Shown here: positions 25,509 through 32,868 of the stretch, piece after piece
How the letters are laid out: every line of letters starts with the position of its first letter
How positions within the stretch are numbered: position 1 is the first letter of the stretch
Source of the DNA: a virus
Lineage: Duplodnaviria; Caudoviricetes
Virus record (IMG/VR): IMGVR_UViG_3300037188_000017
Location: 1 to 32,868 of that record
Reading direction: 5' to 3' (one strand)
Length of the DNA stretch: 32,868 nt
Translations under genes and position numbers: made by a program
The notes under the pieces: generated by a model
Seen by the model: the letters and a program-made list of their open reading frames with translations, nothing else
Told to the model about the DNA's origin: nothing
The model's database searches: none

Positions 25509-25844
25509 ATGTCCGCTTCCACGCAAATCCGCACCGCTGGCTGGCGTTCGCTCTCGGCCGTAAATGGCGAAACGATGTCAGTCGGCGGTGTGCCCATTGT
25601 CTGCGTGGTCAACCGCGTTCCGCTGAAGGCAAAAGACGCGCCGATGTCCAAGGATGGCAAACTTGATTTTACCATTCTTGGCTCGACGGTGATTGAATTC
25701 TTGATCGCTGATTTTGCGGGCCAGCCTGTCGCCGGAAACACTTTTATTGACTCGCTCGGATTCTCGCATCGAGTGAGTTACATCATCCATTCGGATATCA
25801 CGTGGGTCTGCTACTGCGTGCCGTCCCAAATACCAACAGCATGA
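25509..25844 (+). CDS. Putative head-tail joining protein (gpFII-like)
   Basis: 111-aa beta-rich protein in the neck position. Confidence 0.55.
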   Translation: MSASTQIRTAGWRSLSAVNGETMSVGGVPIVCVVNRVPLKAKDAPMSKDGKLDFTILGSTVIEFLIADFAGQPVAGNTFIDSLGFSHRVSYIIHSDITWVCYCVPSQIPTA

Positions 25845-26575
25845 TCGCCGTCGAACTCCAATTCAACCTTGACCGGCTTCAGAAGACTCTGCGTGCCTAC
25901 GCGGAGGCATCTGGCAAGACGGAACAAGAGATTGTGGCGAAGAAGGGCAAAGACCTGGCTCAAAACATCCTCAGCGGTCTAAAGAAACTTGCGCCCGCGA
26001 AAGGTTCGATTCGTGATGCGAATTTAGCCGCATTGCGCGGCGGTCGCGGCGTGCATGTGCGTCCAGCCGTCCTGGCTGACATCGCCGGGAAGTATGGTGC
26101 CGTGACGTCGGTGGCTACCGGCCAAAATTACCTTAATGTGCGCGGTGGAAAAACAGGTCGCGGCAAAGTTATTGCGATGGCACCGGAGATTGAAAAGGAC
26201 GGGAAGCGGATGAACCTTCAGGCGCTGGCAGTTGAGCGTGAGCTGAACATCCGCGAGAGCGGGCGCGGCTTCTCGGCTTACGCAGTCCCCCGCCCGTTGC
26301 AGGGCTCCGGCATTGAAGATTTAGTGCGGGACGTAAACAGTCGCTACGATTTTACGCTGTCCAATTACACGCTCTCAGTTGATGCCGAAACGAAGTTCGC
26401 CCTGCTCCATTGGGTTGGGCGCCATAATGATTTGTACTCGGATGCCGTCGAAGGTCTCGAAAAGGCAAAGCAAGAAACCGTCCTGAATGAGGCCGTCAAA
26501 GAGACGACGGATGATACCCTGAAATACGTCAAGCGGAAGCTTGGTGAAGACATTGGGAGGTTTGGATTGTCATGA
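25841..26575 (+). CDS. Putative neck/tail-completion protein (gpZ / HK97 gp10 position)
   Basis: Basic protein; 4-nt overlaps with neighbours; synteny. Confidence 0.5.
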   Translation: MIAVELQFNLDRLQKTLRAYAEASGKTEQEIVAKKGKDLAQNILSGLKKLAPAKGSIRDANLAALRGGRGVHVRPAVLADIAGKYGAVTSVATGQNYLNVRGGKTGRGKVIAMAPEIEKDGKRMNLQALAVERELNIRESGRGFSAYAVPRPLQGSGIEDLVRDVNSRYDFTLSNYTLSVDAETKFALLHWVGRHNDLYSDAVEGLEKAKQETVLNEAVKETTDDTLKYVKRKLGEDIGRFGLS

Positions 26576-27120
26576 TCTTCACCTCTCTCATGTCCACAGT
26601 TCAGGGTGCCATTGCTGCTCATCCTACGTTCGCGCCGAATGCGGCGACGACCGTCTTCAAGGATCTTGGCGATAAAAAGAATATTATCGAGGCCGCATTA
26701 GATTCCAGCAGCAAAGGCGCAGGCTACGCAATCAGCGTCTGGCCCCCAGCCCGGGGACATTCCGACGGCGAGATGGCACTGGTTAGCGGCATTGATTGCC
26801 TGATCGTCGTCCGGTTCGAGATTTCGCCAATCATGTTGACGGCGATTCCGAACGCGAATTTGCGCGGTGTCGGTGCGGAGATAATCCAGGGCGTCGGCGG
26901 TGACAACGTTGACACCACACCTTTCGACGATGCTGACGAATGGGTCAACAGCCGAATTCAGGACATCGTTGCGGCGGTCCTTTCCATTCCGCCGGAGAAC
27001 AACATGCAGAAATTTCAACTGGCGTCTGACGCGTTCGAACTGATCAATTTCGACCCCGGCCTGCTCGCGTACCATATCCGCTTTGTTCGGATGTCGGCTT
27101 TCGGAGGCTCAACATCATGA
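26572..27120 (+). CDS. Putative tail terminator protein
   Basis: Acidic 182-aa protein in the gpU position. Confidence 0.45.
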   Translation: MIFTSLMSTVQGAIAAHPTFAPNAATTVFKDLGDKKNIIEAALDSSSKGAGYAISVWPPARGHSDGEMALVSGIDCLIVVRFEISPIMLTAIPNANLRGVGAEIIQGVGGDNVDTTPFDDADEWVNSRIQDIVAAVLSIPPENNMQKFQLASDAFELINFDPGLLAYHIRFVRMSAFGGSTS

Positions 27121-27371
27121 CGATTAAATCTGTCCAAGGAGTCACATTTAAAAAGGAAATCAGTTTTGATACTGTTGCTTTGATTATAGCGGCGTGCTCT
27201 TTCTTGATCTATTTCGGCGGCTTCAAACATACGGTCGAAGAGGATCATATGAAGATTAACTCCGTGTCAGAGCAGGTCTCCCAACTAACGGCGGATGTAG
27301 CGGGCGTCAAAAGCGACCTGGCCGTCCTATCTGCTGTCGTCGTTGACCGCACAGGAAAACCCCTAAAATGA
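27117..27371 (+). CDS. Single-TM plus coiled-coil membrane protein (lysis-cassette type)
   Basis: VALIIAACSFLIYFGGF followed by a heptad-like INSVSEQVSQLTADVAGVKSDL. Confidence 0.65.
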   Translation: MTIKSVQGVTFKKEISFDTVALIIAACSFLIYFGGFKHTVEEDHMKINSVSEQVSQLTADVAGVKSDLAVLSAVVVDRTGKPLK

Positions 27372-27571
27372 AATCGAAATATACAACCTATTGCGGAGCG
27401 GCGGCGGCTGTGGCTACAACGGTCGCAACGTTCAATTTCACTCCGATGGTCACAAAGATTTCCGGCTGCATCGCCGCGTGCGCGATGGCATTGACGGGCT
27501 ATTTTGCCCGCGACAATCACATCTCGGACGAGCAGGCGGGCGCTGGACAAACGAAAGAAACAAAACCATGA
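27368..27571 (+). CDS. Holin-like two-TM protein
   Basis: Two short hydrophobic segments, then ALTGYFARD and a charged tail. Confidence 0.55.
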   Translation: MKSKYTTYCGAAAAVATTVATFNFTPMVTKISGCIAACAMALTGYFARDNHISDEQAGAGQTKETKP

Positions 27572-27927
27572 AAGCAAAAATACTCACGTTCCTCGCAATC
27601 ACATGCCTTGTCGTTGGTCTCGCCACCGGATGCAAATCTGTGAGCGATACCACCGGCAAAACGCTTGCCGGCGTCGAGCAAACCGTTGACCTCGCCATGA
27701 AAGGTTACGCCACCTGGGACGCTCAGGGGCACGTGACCGAAGCGCAAGAACAGCAGGTGCGCCAAGTCTATGGACAATATCAGCTCGCCTACACGGCAGC
27801 ATGCAACGCTTGGGTGGCCGCGCAGTCCTCCGGCGATACGTCCACGCTCGCAACAATCGTCGCCAGCCTCTCGGCTGCTGCCGCGCCCTTAACCACGCTC
27901 ATAACCCAAATCGAAGGAGGAAATTAA
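27568..27927 (+). CDS. Helical lipoprotein
   Basis: MKAKILTFLAITCLVVGLATG-C lipobox; ATG at 27568. Confidence 0.75.
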   Translation: MKAKILTFLAITCLVVGLATGCKSVSDTTGKTLAGVEQTVDLAMKGYATWDAQGHVTEAQEQQVRQVYGQYQLAYTAACNAWVAAQSSGDTSTLATIVASLSAAAAPLTTLITQIEGGN

Positions 27928-27929
27928 TT

Positions 27930-28145
27930 ATGTCCGCTGCACTCATCGCACAACTGCTCGCCACCTTCGGCCCCTCGGCAATCCAATGGATTAGCCAGCT
28001 CGTTGCACTGGCCGAAAAACCATCCGTCACAACGGCTGATATTCAAGCCGTATTGGCAACCGCTCAAACCAGCTATGATACGTATGTGTCGAACGCCAAA
28101 GCCAGCCTGACGGCTCCGCACGTCACCGCTGCCGCAACGGTATAA
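27930..28145 (+). CDS. Small amphipathic protein
   Basis: AAGGAGG upstream; MSAALIAQLLATFGPSAIQWISQLVAL. Confidence 0.7.
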   Translation: MSAALIAQLLATFGPSAIQWISQLVALAEKPSVTTADIQAVLATAQTSYDTYVSNAKASLTAPHVTAAATV

Positions 28146-28146
28146 A

Positions 28147-28656
28147 ATGAAAATCCTGCTATTCCAACATCACGTCAACGACCCTCTTTCTTGGGCGATC
28201 AAGCAGATTACCCGCGAGCCTTATGTGCATGCGGCCATCTTGATCGATGAGGCCAAGAACGAAATCATTGAGGCGTTTTTCCCGCATGTGCGGAGACGCA
28301 CCCTCAGCGACGCGGAGCTGTCGGGCGTTGACGTGTTTGGAGTAGCAGGCATTACCACTGCGCAAGAAGCGGCCACGGTGGCCTATTGCATATCGTGTCT
28401 GACGGAAGGCGAAGATTATTCCATCGCCAACCTTTTCCGCTTTCTTCCGGGCGTGCGTAACATCATCGGCGAAGCATCCGACGATTCCGCCCGCAACGCT
28501 GTTTTCTGTTCTCAATTCGCTTTCGACGCAGTCCATCGTGGCGGCGGCATTCAGTTGTTGAATGCGCACAGCTACGAGATTGCGCCCGGCTATCTCGCTT
28601 GGTCTCCGCTGTTGGTCAAACAACCCCCTTTGAAACCTGTAACAATTAACACATAA
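28147..28656 (+). CDS. Permuted papain-like NlpC/P60 amidase (YiiX/YebB-like)
   Basis: His before Cys: PYVHAAI...IIEA...DYS...VFCSQF. Confidence 0.8.
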   Translation: MKILLFQHHVNDPLSWAIKQITREPYVHAAILIDEAKNEIIEAFFPHVRRRTLSDAELSGVDVFGVAGITTAQEAATVAYCISCLTEGEDYSIANLFRFLPGVRNIIGEASDDSARNAVFCSQFAFDAVHRGGGIQLLNAHSYEIAPGYLAWSPLLVKQPPLKPVTINT

Positions 28657-28661
28657 AATTT

Positions 28662-29222
28662 ATGGCATGGACACAAAAACCTCTCTTCATTGGGGCGCAT
28701 TTCTGGTTGATTCCAGTCGGCTCCAATTTCACCTCCCCGGCTGGCGGCGTTGTTTCGCAGTACGGCACATGGCCAGACCAGAACGAACCGACGTGGCCGT
28801 CGTATGCCCTTGGCGCATGCGAAAGCTTCGACCTTGATCCGAAGATCGCCACGGCGGAAGATATCCTTGCTCCGTCCCCAGGCGCGGTGCAGGCGATTGA
28901 CAAAATCTCGCCGTATGCGCTACCTGAAGTTTCTTTCACGCTACTGCAAGTTGATTCGCTGGCGATCCAGCTCGCGCTCAACACGGCGCAGCTATTCGGC
29001 TCTGCCAACACGCAGGCGAATCCGAACGGCGGCGGCGCTCCGGGCGTGCGTGGCATCCTAAAAGCGCAAAAGTACGACCATAACAACAACCTGATTTTGA
29101 ACTGGCAGAGCTGGGCTTTCGTTCAGTTAAAGTCCGCTCTCAAGGGCGCTCCGAAGACCCTGACCAAGCCGGAGTACACGGCATCCTTGCTCTATTCACA
29201 AAATAACGTAGGCACCGTATGA
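28662..29222 (+). CDS. Putative major tail (tube) protein
   Basis: 186 aa, beta-rich, upstream of the chaperone and tape measure genes. Confidence 0.55.
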   Translation: MAWTQKPLFIGAHFWLIPVGSNFTSPAGGVVSQYGTWPDQNEPTWPSYALGACESFDLDPKIATAEDILAPSPGAVQAIDKISPYALPEVSFTLLQVDSLAIQLALNTAQLFGSANTQANPNGGGAPGVRGILKAQKYDHNNNLILNWQSWAFVQLKSALKGAPKTLTKPEYTASLLYSQNNVGTV

Positions 29223-29377
29223 ACTTAGGTGAAATCAAAAAGGACGAATGGGAAAAGGCTGATCCGAAGCCTTTATTCGAAATCAACCCATTGACCAAAA
29301 ACCAACCGATTAAAAAAGATGAAAAAGCTACTTCTGGCTCTGTGCCTCCTGCCGCTAATACTGACGCCGTTGTGTAA
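29219..29377 (+). CDS. 52-aa hypothetical protein (not in the ORF track)
   Basis: ATGA overlap with the tail gene; MNLGEIKKDEWEKADPKPLFEINP... Confidence 0.4.
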   Translation: MNLGEIKKDEWEKADPKPLFEINPLTKNQPIKKDEKATSGSVPPAANTDAVV

Positions 29378-30269
29378 ATCACAGGGGGTTATTCCCCTGC
29401 CGGCCCCAACGAGCGCAACAAACGCTCCACCAATCGTCACGCCGATTAGCCCGCTCGTGACGGATACCAACGCCATTAGTTTCGTTAAGCGTGCTGGTGT
29501 ATGGGACCTTCGAACGCAGTTGGCGGTTCAGCAACTTGTGAACACGCTGAAGACAAACAACTGCTGGACGAATCTCGTTGCGTTCTATCCGTTCGTCGGC
29601 GGCAATTCTAATTCGTGCGCACAGAATCTTGTCAGCACTCAGTACACGATTGGATGGGGTGACACCAATGGCACCTCATATTCTCCAAGCTCTCGTTACG
29701 ATCCAAGCAACATCGTATTTAAGGCTACGGGCGTATCCGACAAATGGGATGATGCGTCCGGCTCTGGGTGGGGCGGCGGATGGTCCAGGGCGTGGGGCAA
29801 CACTGAGTTTGACGACACGAACTGGTTTACGACGAATTCATTCCACATTTACGGATGGGTCAATAATCAATATACGAACGGCCTTGGATACATGGGCAAC
29901 AACCTTGGCACCTCGGGCGCCCGTCTCTCGTTCGGTATTGGCGCTTCTACCAACTCGCCATGCGGCGACGTATTTTCCGGCGATATTCCCGGCGGCGGTC
30001 CTCCGGTCGGTGGCAATCAACTCGTTCAGCGATTGATTAGTACGAACATCTTTATTTCCGATTACACAAACAATTCGATCACAGCGACGGCGACCAACAA
30101 GGCGACACCGTACCGGCTGCTGGTGTTGCGCGGTAATCTAGACTCGGCTGGATCTCCGGCCGAAATGCGGGCGGCGTCGTTTGGTTTCGCATTCACGCTG
30201 TCACAGGCCAGCAATTATTTTTCCGCTGTCCAGGCGTTTCAAAACTTCCTTGGACGCGGGAATCCATAA
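29319..30269 (+). CDS. Signal-peptide-bearing, beta-rich protein (adhesin/lectin-like)
   Basis: MKKLLLALCLLPLILTPLCKSQ signal, Pro/Thr linker, LVAFYPFVGG..AQNLV, rich in G, N, T and W. Confidence 0.7.
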   Translation: MKKLLLALCLLPLILTPLCKSQGVIPLPAPTSATNAPPIVTPISPLVTDTNAISFVKRAGVWDLRTQLAVQQLVNTLKTNNCWTNLVAFYPFVGGNSNSCAQNLVSTQYTIGWGDTNGTSYSPSSRYDPSNIVFKATGVSDKWDDASGSGWGGGWSRAWGNTEFDDTNWFTTNSFHIYGWVNNQYTNGLGYMGNNLGTSGARLSFGIGASTNSPCGDVFSGDIPGGGPPVGGNQLVQRLISTNIFISDYTNNSITATATNKATPYRLLVLRGNLDSAGSPAEMRAASFGFAFTLSQASNYFSAVQAFQNFLGRGNP

Positions 30270-30293
30270 CCGCAACGCAGAAAGAAAGGCAAC

Positions 30294-30668
30294 ATGACAA
30301 CTATACTCGGCAGTAGAAACATCGAAGTCACCAGCTCTGAAGGTGCGACAGAAACGGTGTCTATCCATCAAATTTCACTCAAGGATTACGAGCGCGCATT
30401 CGCGGCAATTGATGATGAATTCGAGCTTGCGGCCATTGTCACCGGCCGGGACAAGAAATTCATACTCTCGCTTTCCCCGGAAAGTTATGAATCTGTCCGT
30501 ATAATATTGGAGGAAATCAACGGCGGTTTTTTCGTATATGCGGACAGACAAATGGCGAAGCTGGCCAAGCGGCTGAATTCGATGTCTGCGCATGTGATAG
30601 CAGCGGCGAAGGCGAAGGCCGACGAGAAACCCTCGAACAATTCACGGCACGGGTTGCAGCCTCAGTAG
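30294..30668 (+). CDS. Tail assembly chaperone (gpG-like)
   Basis: Directly upstream of the tape measure gene; EEINGGFF coincides with a slippery heptamer. Confidence 0.75.
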   Translation: MTTILGSRNIEVTSSEGATETVSIHQISLKDYERAFAAIDDEFELAAIVTGRDKKFILSLSPESYESVRIILEEINGGFFVYADRQMAKLAKRLNSMSAHVIAAAKAKADEKPSNNSRHGLQPQ

Positions 30669-30841
30669 GGCTGTCCCGTGGCGAGGTTTTGAATTCCAGT
30701 ATCGAATGGCTTCAGGCGCTCGATGCTGGTCACCGCAAAGACCAAGCCCGTCACGTTTTGATGCTGTCCCAAGCGGTGGCGGCGATGTTCGATAAAGATC
30801 AGTGGCGCGAAATGCAGAGCCGGTTAGTTGACGAGTTATGA
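30527..30841 (+). CDS. -1 frameshift extension (gpGT-like) of the tail chaperone
   Basis: T TTT TTC at 30527-30533. The -1 frame is open from 30491 to 30841, has no upstream start of its own, and ends in an ATGA overlap with the tape measure gene. Confidence 0.75.
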   Translation, partial: FFRICGQTNGEAGQAAEFDVCACDSSGEGEGRRETLEQFTARVAASVGLSRGEVLNSSIEWLQALDAGHRKDQARHVLMLSQAVAAMFDKDQWREMQSRLVDEL

Positions 30842-32868
30842 GCCAAGAAATTTCAGTCCTATTGAGTTTGCGCACGGCGAATGCCCTGGGTGAACTTAAT
30901 AAATTCATCGCGGAAACTTCTCGCGGACTGAAGGATATCGCGGCGGAAGCAATCGCCAGCTACGCCTCGTTCGAAGGGTTCAACAAGCTGACGGACGCCG
31001 TCAAGGACGCCATCAATCTTGAGGAATCCATTGGGCGATTGTCGTCCAAGACTGGGCTTTCGGTCGCGACTCTCGTTTCGTTTCGTGAAGCGGCAAACCG
31101 CGTCGGTGTCGGACTGGAAGAGATGAATACATCTCTTGGCCGCTTTGCGCAGAATATTTTTGACGCGGCGACCAAGGGCGGATCATTTGCAGAGGCGTTC
31201 GACCGGATGGGCGTTTCACTGGTCAACACCGACGGGACGCTAAAAACGACCGACGTTCTTTTGCAGCAAACCGCGCAATGGTTCGCGACCCATGCCGATG
31301 GCGTGGAAAAGGCGCGGACCGCGACGGAGCTTTTCGGCCGGGCGGGTCGCGAGCTGATTCCGATTCTCAACCAAGGGTCGGAAGGTATTCAGAAAATGCA
31401 GGCCGCTGGCGGTCCTATCACCGACGAATCGGTCGCACAGGCTACGGAGTTCAATCAGAGCCTTCGTGAGCTACACGAGCAAGTTGAAATGATTTGGGTA
31501 TCAGTCGCAAATAAGCTGCTTCCTTCGTTGCTTCAGATGGTCAAGCTGTTGAAGGATTCGACCGATTCAATAAACACGAATGGCGCGGCAGTCGAGGCGC
31601 TGGCAGGAATCGCCAAAGGTCTCATCACCATCGTCTCTGTTCTTGGGCTGGCTTTTTACGAGCTTGGTGAGGCGATTGGAATTGTCGCGAATGTCTACGT
31701 CGATAACTTTCACCTCGCCATGACGACGGTCAAAGCCGTCTTACTGGAAGTAGCCAAGGCGATTGATGACACGATCCAGCTTTTTCTTGATTTACAAAGC
31801 GCAGCGATTGCCGCTGGCCAAACTGCTTACCTTGTCGCCACTGGCCAATATACGAAGGCGGCGCAAGTTATAAAGCAGACCATTAGCGAGGTCCAGAGCG
31901 ATTCGAAGGCTTTGTATGCTGACGTCAAGCAGGTCGGTGAAACCTCCGCTGCCGCGTTCCTGAAATCGCTTCAGAATCAAAATGATGGAATGAAGCTGTT
32001 CGTTGATGACGTCAAAAAGCAGTGGGTTGCGCTGAGCGATTTTCTTTCTGGTCTCTGGACTGGCCAGAAATCCGCTCCGGCCGCGAAATCTGGCGGTGCG
32101 ATTAGCGCGGGAACCTTCACACCCGGGCCGACAAACGAAGACCTTAAGACGCAGCAGGCGTTAAACGACCTACAGGATGCGGCGTACAAGATCCAGCTCA
32201 AGCTCATCGAAAGCGATCCGTACAAAACGAAAGCGGAAAAAGCGCAGGAGCTGATTCCGATTTACGATGCGCAGTTGAAATCGTTGCTAGGTCAGGCTTC
32301 GGCGGAAGAGAGGTTGAATAAGTCCGCGACCAACGAGGGGCAGAAAATCGCCACGGCGAAGGAACTGTACAAAATCCAGAGTCAGATCAACGACCTGTCG
32401 AAGCAATCCAACGACGCGAAGTCCCTCACTTCCTTTACCTCCCAATTTGCGCGGATATCCGTTTCAATCCGCGACACATTTGGCACTGTTGCCCAACAGG
32501 CTGCAAAATCTTTTCAGTCGGTATTCATGGGTGCCATCAATTCGATTTCGAACGGAATCACCGGTTTGATTATGGGCACCAAGTCTTGGGGGCAAGCCTT
32601 GATGGGCATCGCCAATCAGATACTCACGTCGATTATCGGCGCAATCGTCGAAATGGGCGTGCGCTGGATCGCCACACAGCTTTTAATGGCTGTCACAGGT
32701 GAAGCGCTTCAGACGGCATCGACGGCGGCACTCGTGCCAATTGCGGCGGCACAATCAGCTATTTGGGCCACTCCGGCCACGCTGGCGACTATTGCAAGCT
32801 ATGGCGCGGCGGCGGCAGAGGCTCCGCTAGCCATTTCGCTCGCGGAAGGGCTGACGTTGGCCAGCATC
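30838..32868 (+). CDS. Tape measure protein (partial; runs off the window)
   Basis: MSQEISVLLSLRT...LSSKTGLSVATL...ATELFGRAGRELIPILNQG; Ala-rich and helical. Absent from the ORF track, consistent with no stop codon before the window edge. Confidence 0.9.
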   Translation, partial: MSQEISVLLSLRTANALGELNKFIAETSRGLKDIAAEAIASYASFEGFNKLTDAVKDAINLEESIGRLSSKTGLSVATLVSFREAANRVGVGLEEMNTSLGRFAQNIFDAATKGGSFAEAFDRMGVSLVNTDGTLKTTDVLLQQTAQWFATHADGVEKARTATELFGRAGRELIPILNQGSEGIQKMQAAGGPITDESVAQATEFNQSLRELHEQVEMIWVSVANKLLPSLLQMVKLLKDSTDSINTNGAAVEALAGIAKGLITIVSVLGLAFYELGEAIGIVANVYVDNFHLAMTTVKAVLLEVAKAIDDTIQLFLDLQSAAIAAGQTAYLVATGQYTKAAQVIKQTISEVQSDSKALYADVKQVGETSAAAFLKSLQNQNDGMKLFVDDVKKQWVALSDFLSGLWTGQKSAPAAKSGGAISAGTFTPGPTNEDLKTQQALNDLQDAAYKIQLKLIESDPYKTKAEKAQELIPIYDAQLKSLLGQASAEERLNKSATNEGQKIATAKELYKIQSQINDLSKQSNDAKSLTSFTSQFARISVSIRDTFGTVAQQAAKSFQSVFMGAINSISNGITGLIMGTKSWGQALMGIANQILTSIIGAIVEMGVRWIATQLLMAVTGEALQTASTAALVPIAAAQSAIWATPATLATIASYGAAAAEAPLAISLAEGLTLASI

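Noticed and set aside
1-32868. tRNA or rRNA genes, integrase, transposase, or an alternative genetic code
   Set aside because: None was recognisable by eye, and genes tile cleanly under the standard code. tRNAscan-SE and Infernal were not run, so small RNAs cannot be strictly excluded.

Overview
This window is a 33-kb piece of a tailed dsDNA phage or prophage genome with a lambda-like head module and a probable siphovirus tail. A leftward arm of small genes (1-1253) and a long rightward operon are separated by an AT-rich divergent control region (1254-1456). The rightward operon starts with replication, recombination and modification genes: an RHH-like regulator, UvrD helicase, PD-(D/E)XK exonuclease, Sak4-like ATPase, SSB-like protein, ParB-like protein, resolvase-like nuclease, ThyX, SF2 helicase, primase, C5 methyltransferase, SNF2-helicase/amino-MTase fusion and a DUF1376-like protein. 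An iteron-like and cos-like non-coding stretch follows, then terminase, portal, a ClpP-scaffold-capsid fusion, neck genes, a membrane/lipoprotein/permuted-papain cluster, tail tube, a -1 frameshifting tail chaperone, and a tape measure gene that runs off the end. Five features stand out. (1) An exact inverted copy of a lipoprotein gene lies 16.8 kb away. (2) The leftward arm has paralogues with an identical 98-bp 5' block. (3) The C5 MTase is split over two overlapping frames and has a C10 tract at its 5' end. (4) Covarying palindromes sit inside the ParB-like gene. (5) Signal-peptide, Thr-Asn-rich proteins sit among the virion genes. All family calls come from motifs read by eye; no database search was run.
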